A DNA stretch of 64,000 nt from Squalus acanthias (taxonomy: Eukaryota). The stretch lies in contig CM059432.1 of assembly GCA_030390025.1 (NCBI GenBank), forward strand, positions 63,366,001 to 63,430,000, written 5' to 3'. The notes under the pieces are model-generated. The model saw only the letters and a list, made by a program, of their open reading frames with translations, had not been told where the DNA came from and ran no database searches. This document shows, one piece after another, positions 61,310 to 64,000 of the stretch (the stretch's first letter is position 1; every line of letters starts with the position of its first letter). Both the position numbers and the translations under genes were made by a program.

Positions 61310-64000
61310 GGGGGAAAAATTCAGTTGGTTAGCACAGTTAGTGCCTGGCGGGGGCGCTAATGGGGTGCTGATGCAGTAGCACCGGGGCGAGGCGAATAAG
61401 AACATAAGAACATGAGAAATAGGAGCAGGAGTAGGCCATTCGGCCCCTCGAGCCTGCTCCGGCATTCAATAAGATCATGGCTGATCTTCTACCTCAGCTC
61501 CACTTTCCTGCACTATCCCCATATCCCTTGATTCCCTTAATATCCAAAAATCTATCGATCTCTGTCTTGAAAATACTCAACGACTGAGCCTCCACAGCCC
61601 TCTGGGGTAGAGAATTCCAAAGATTCACATCCTCTGAGTGAAGAAATTTCTCCTCATCTCAGTCCTAAATGGCTGACCCTTTATTCTGAGACCCCTGGTT
61701 CTAGACTCCCCAGCTAGGGAAAATATCCTCTCTGTATCTACCCTGTCAAGCCCTGTTAAAATTTTGTATGTTTTAATGTGATCACCTTTCATTCTTCTAA
61801 ACTCCAGAGAATATAGGTCTAGTCTACTCAATCTTTCCTCATAGGACAATCCCCCCATCCCAGGAATCAGTCTGGTGAACCTTCGTTGCACTCCCTCTAT
61901 GGCAAGTATATCCTTCCTTAGGTAAGGAGACCAAAACTGTACACAATACTCCAGGTGTAGTCTCACCAGGGCCCTATATAATTGCAGTAAAATGCCTTTA
62001 CTCCTATACTTAAATCCTCTTGTAATAAAGGCCAACATACCATTTGCTTTCCTAATTGCTTGCTGTACCTGCATGTTAACTTTCAGTGATTCATGTACAA
62101 GGACACCCAGGTCCCTCTGAACACCAACATTTCCCAATCTCTCACCATTTAAAAAATACTCTGCTTTTCTATTTTTCCTACCAGAGTGGATAACTTCACA
62201 TTTCTCCACATTATATTCCATTTGCCATGTTCTTGCCCATTCACTTAGCCTGTCTATATCCCCTTGAAGCCTTTTTGCATCCTCCTCACAACTTACATTC
62301 CTACCTAGCTTTGAATCCAGCGACGCACACCACATCTGGCCCCCCCGTAGCACCGCAGTTACGAGTTACCACCGGGGACCTCAGCGCCAGGCAGATCGTG
62401 ATGTCAGTGAGCATGTAACGCTCCAGAGTGCGCAATCTGCAAAATTCATTGTCGCCCCTTGCCTTAGCACCTCGCTCCGACAGGGACAGGGAGAGGAGGT
62501 GTCAAGCAGGCGGATACTGGCTCCAGGGGCGCTACTGAAAGGGATCAGTCGCAGCTGTCGGGTTAATACTGTTTCACTGCTTCCTTGTCAGTTTGACATT
62601 GTGCAACCATTTAAATCAGTCATTTAAAGGTTGTTTGGTATCAGGAGTGTTGTGGCTACTAACAATTTGTTACATTTACTCTCACAACATATCAAAGTGC
62701 TGCACTTGGTTACATTAATGGGGGCTGTACTGGCAGTCAACCTCGCCCTCCAGGATCTACGGCAGAGGGAGCGGAGGCAGCGAGAAAGATTGGAACATGG
62801 GGCCAGAGGGAGGAGAAGGGCCATGAGGGCTCTCAACAGGAGGCCTTACCCTCCGAGCGTATTCCGAGAGCACTTCTCCTACCTCCAATTAAGCGAGGAG
62901 CAGTGTATTAGAAGGCTCCGCTTCAGCAAGGAGGTGGTCACAGAACTCTGCCACCTCCTGCAACCAGACCTCGAGTCTCAGATCAGGGTGACCACGGCTC
63001 TCTCAGTGGCAGTCAAGGTCACCGTCGCCCTCAATTTCTTCGCCAGCGGATCCTTCCAGTCTGCAACACGAGATATAGGTAACATCGTGCAGTTCGCCAT
63101 CCATCGCTGCATCCGGGAGGTCACAGAGGCTCTCTACAGTAGGAGAAGAGACTACATTTCCTTCCCCATCACCAGAGAGAAGCAGGATGAACGTGCATGT
63201 GGCTTTGCCAGGATAGCGGGCTTCCCATGGTGCAGGGCTCCATTGACTGCACCCACGTGGCTTTGTGGGCACCGCATAACAATCCTGAGGTCTTCCGTAA
63301 CCGCAAAAGCTACCACTCACTTAATGTGCAGTTGGTGCGAATCCTCAATGTCAATGCCCGCTATCCTGGCAGCAGCCACGATGCCCTCATCGTGCGCCAG
63401 ACCAGTGTGTCAGCTCTGTTCCAGCCACTATGTCAAGCTCACGGCTAGCTGGTCGGAGACAAGGGCTATCCACTCTCCACCTGGCTCATGACTCCAACAC
63501 TCCTGCCCAGCACTCAGATAATGAGAGTCATACTGCCACCAAGAACATCATCAAAGCAGACCATCAGGGTGCTCAAGCAACGGTTCCACTGCCTTGACCG
63601 CTCGGGAGGAGCCCTCTAGTACTCGGCTGAGCGGGTGTCCCATTTTGTCGTGGTCTGCTGCATGCTCCACAACTTGGCCATCATGAGGGCCCAGCCCTTG
63701 CCAGCAGGGATTGTGGGACCACCTCAGAGGAGGAAGAGGGAGAGGAGGAGGAGGAGGACGAGGACGAGGAAGACAAGGAAGATGAGGAGGAGAAGGAGGA
63801 GAAGGAACAGGAGCGATGGAGGAGGCAGCCACTCAATCGGCCTTCCGAATGCGGTTCCAATAAATCAAACCCCAAATCCCCATTGCTCACCACATCCCCA
63901 TCATTCCATCCCTGCCACAGGCCATATCACAGCGCAAAGCTGAAATGAGAGACACCACAAAATAATCTAAACTAAAATAATAAATTTATCAATAATCAGT
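61310..64000 (+). mobile_element. PIF/Harbinger transposon left part with frameshifted transposase (about 62718-63870), split by a CR1
   Basis: TTA flank then [76 protein letters not shown] and an acidic tail. Confidence 0.9.
61396..62310 (-). mobile_element. Young CR1 3' part nested in the Harbinger
   Basis: 242-aa ORF 61625-62353 with WQMEYNVEKC, LYRALVRLHLEYCVQFWSP; repeat tail aagaacataagaacatg. Confidence 0.92.

Noticed and set aside
62631..63943. Domesticated HARBI1 gene
   Set aside because: Frameshifts and stops, a TIR upstream and several related copies in the window indicate a transposon relic.

Overview
Vertebrate nuclear DNA, most likely from a cartilaginous fish (shark) judging by the repeat families. 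Two spliced genes lie head-to-head about 30 kb apart. snai2/Slug is on the minus strand (CDS 11630-11552, 11263-10673, 9826-9645; 283 aa). A small ppdpfl/C8orf22-like gene, missed by the ORF track, is on the plus strand (TATA 41580; CDS 41949-42006, 44152-44235, 44320-44416, 45415-45427; 83 aa). The rest is a dense, nested transposon landscape: CR1, L2, RTE, Vingi-like and Penelope retroelements, two tRNA-derived SINE families, several two-gene PIF/Harbinger relics and their MITEs. Most notable: (1) short Penelope-type insertions with 12-bp TSDs place three intact minimal hammerhead-ribozyme cores, two of them in a near-perfect 176-bp palindrome, inside ppdpfl intron 2; (2) a 2.2-kb head + VNTR + RTE-tail composite retroposon under one TSD, inserted into a fold-back; (3) a Harbinger element sharing its terminus with two MITEs in the window; (4) a Vingi-like LINE with a twin-priming-type inversion. 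All family names come from motif recognition, not database searches.
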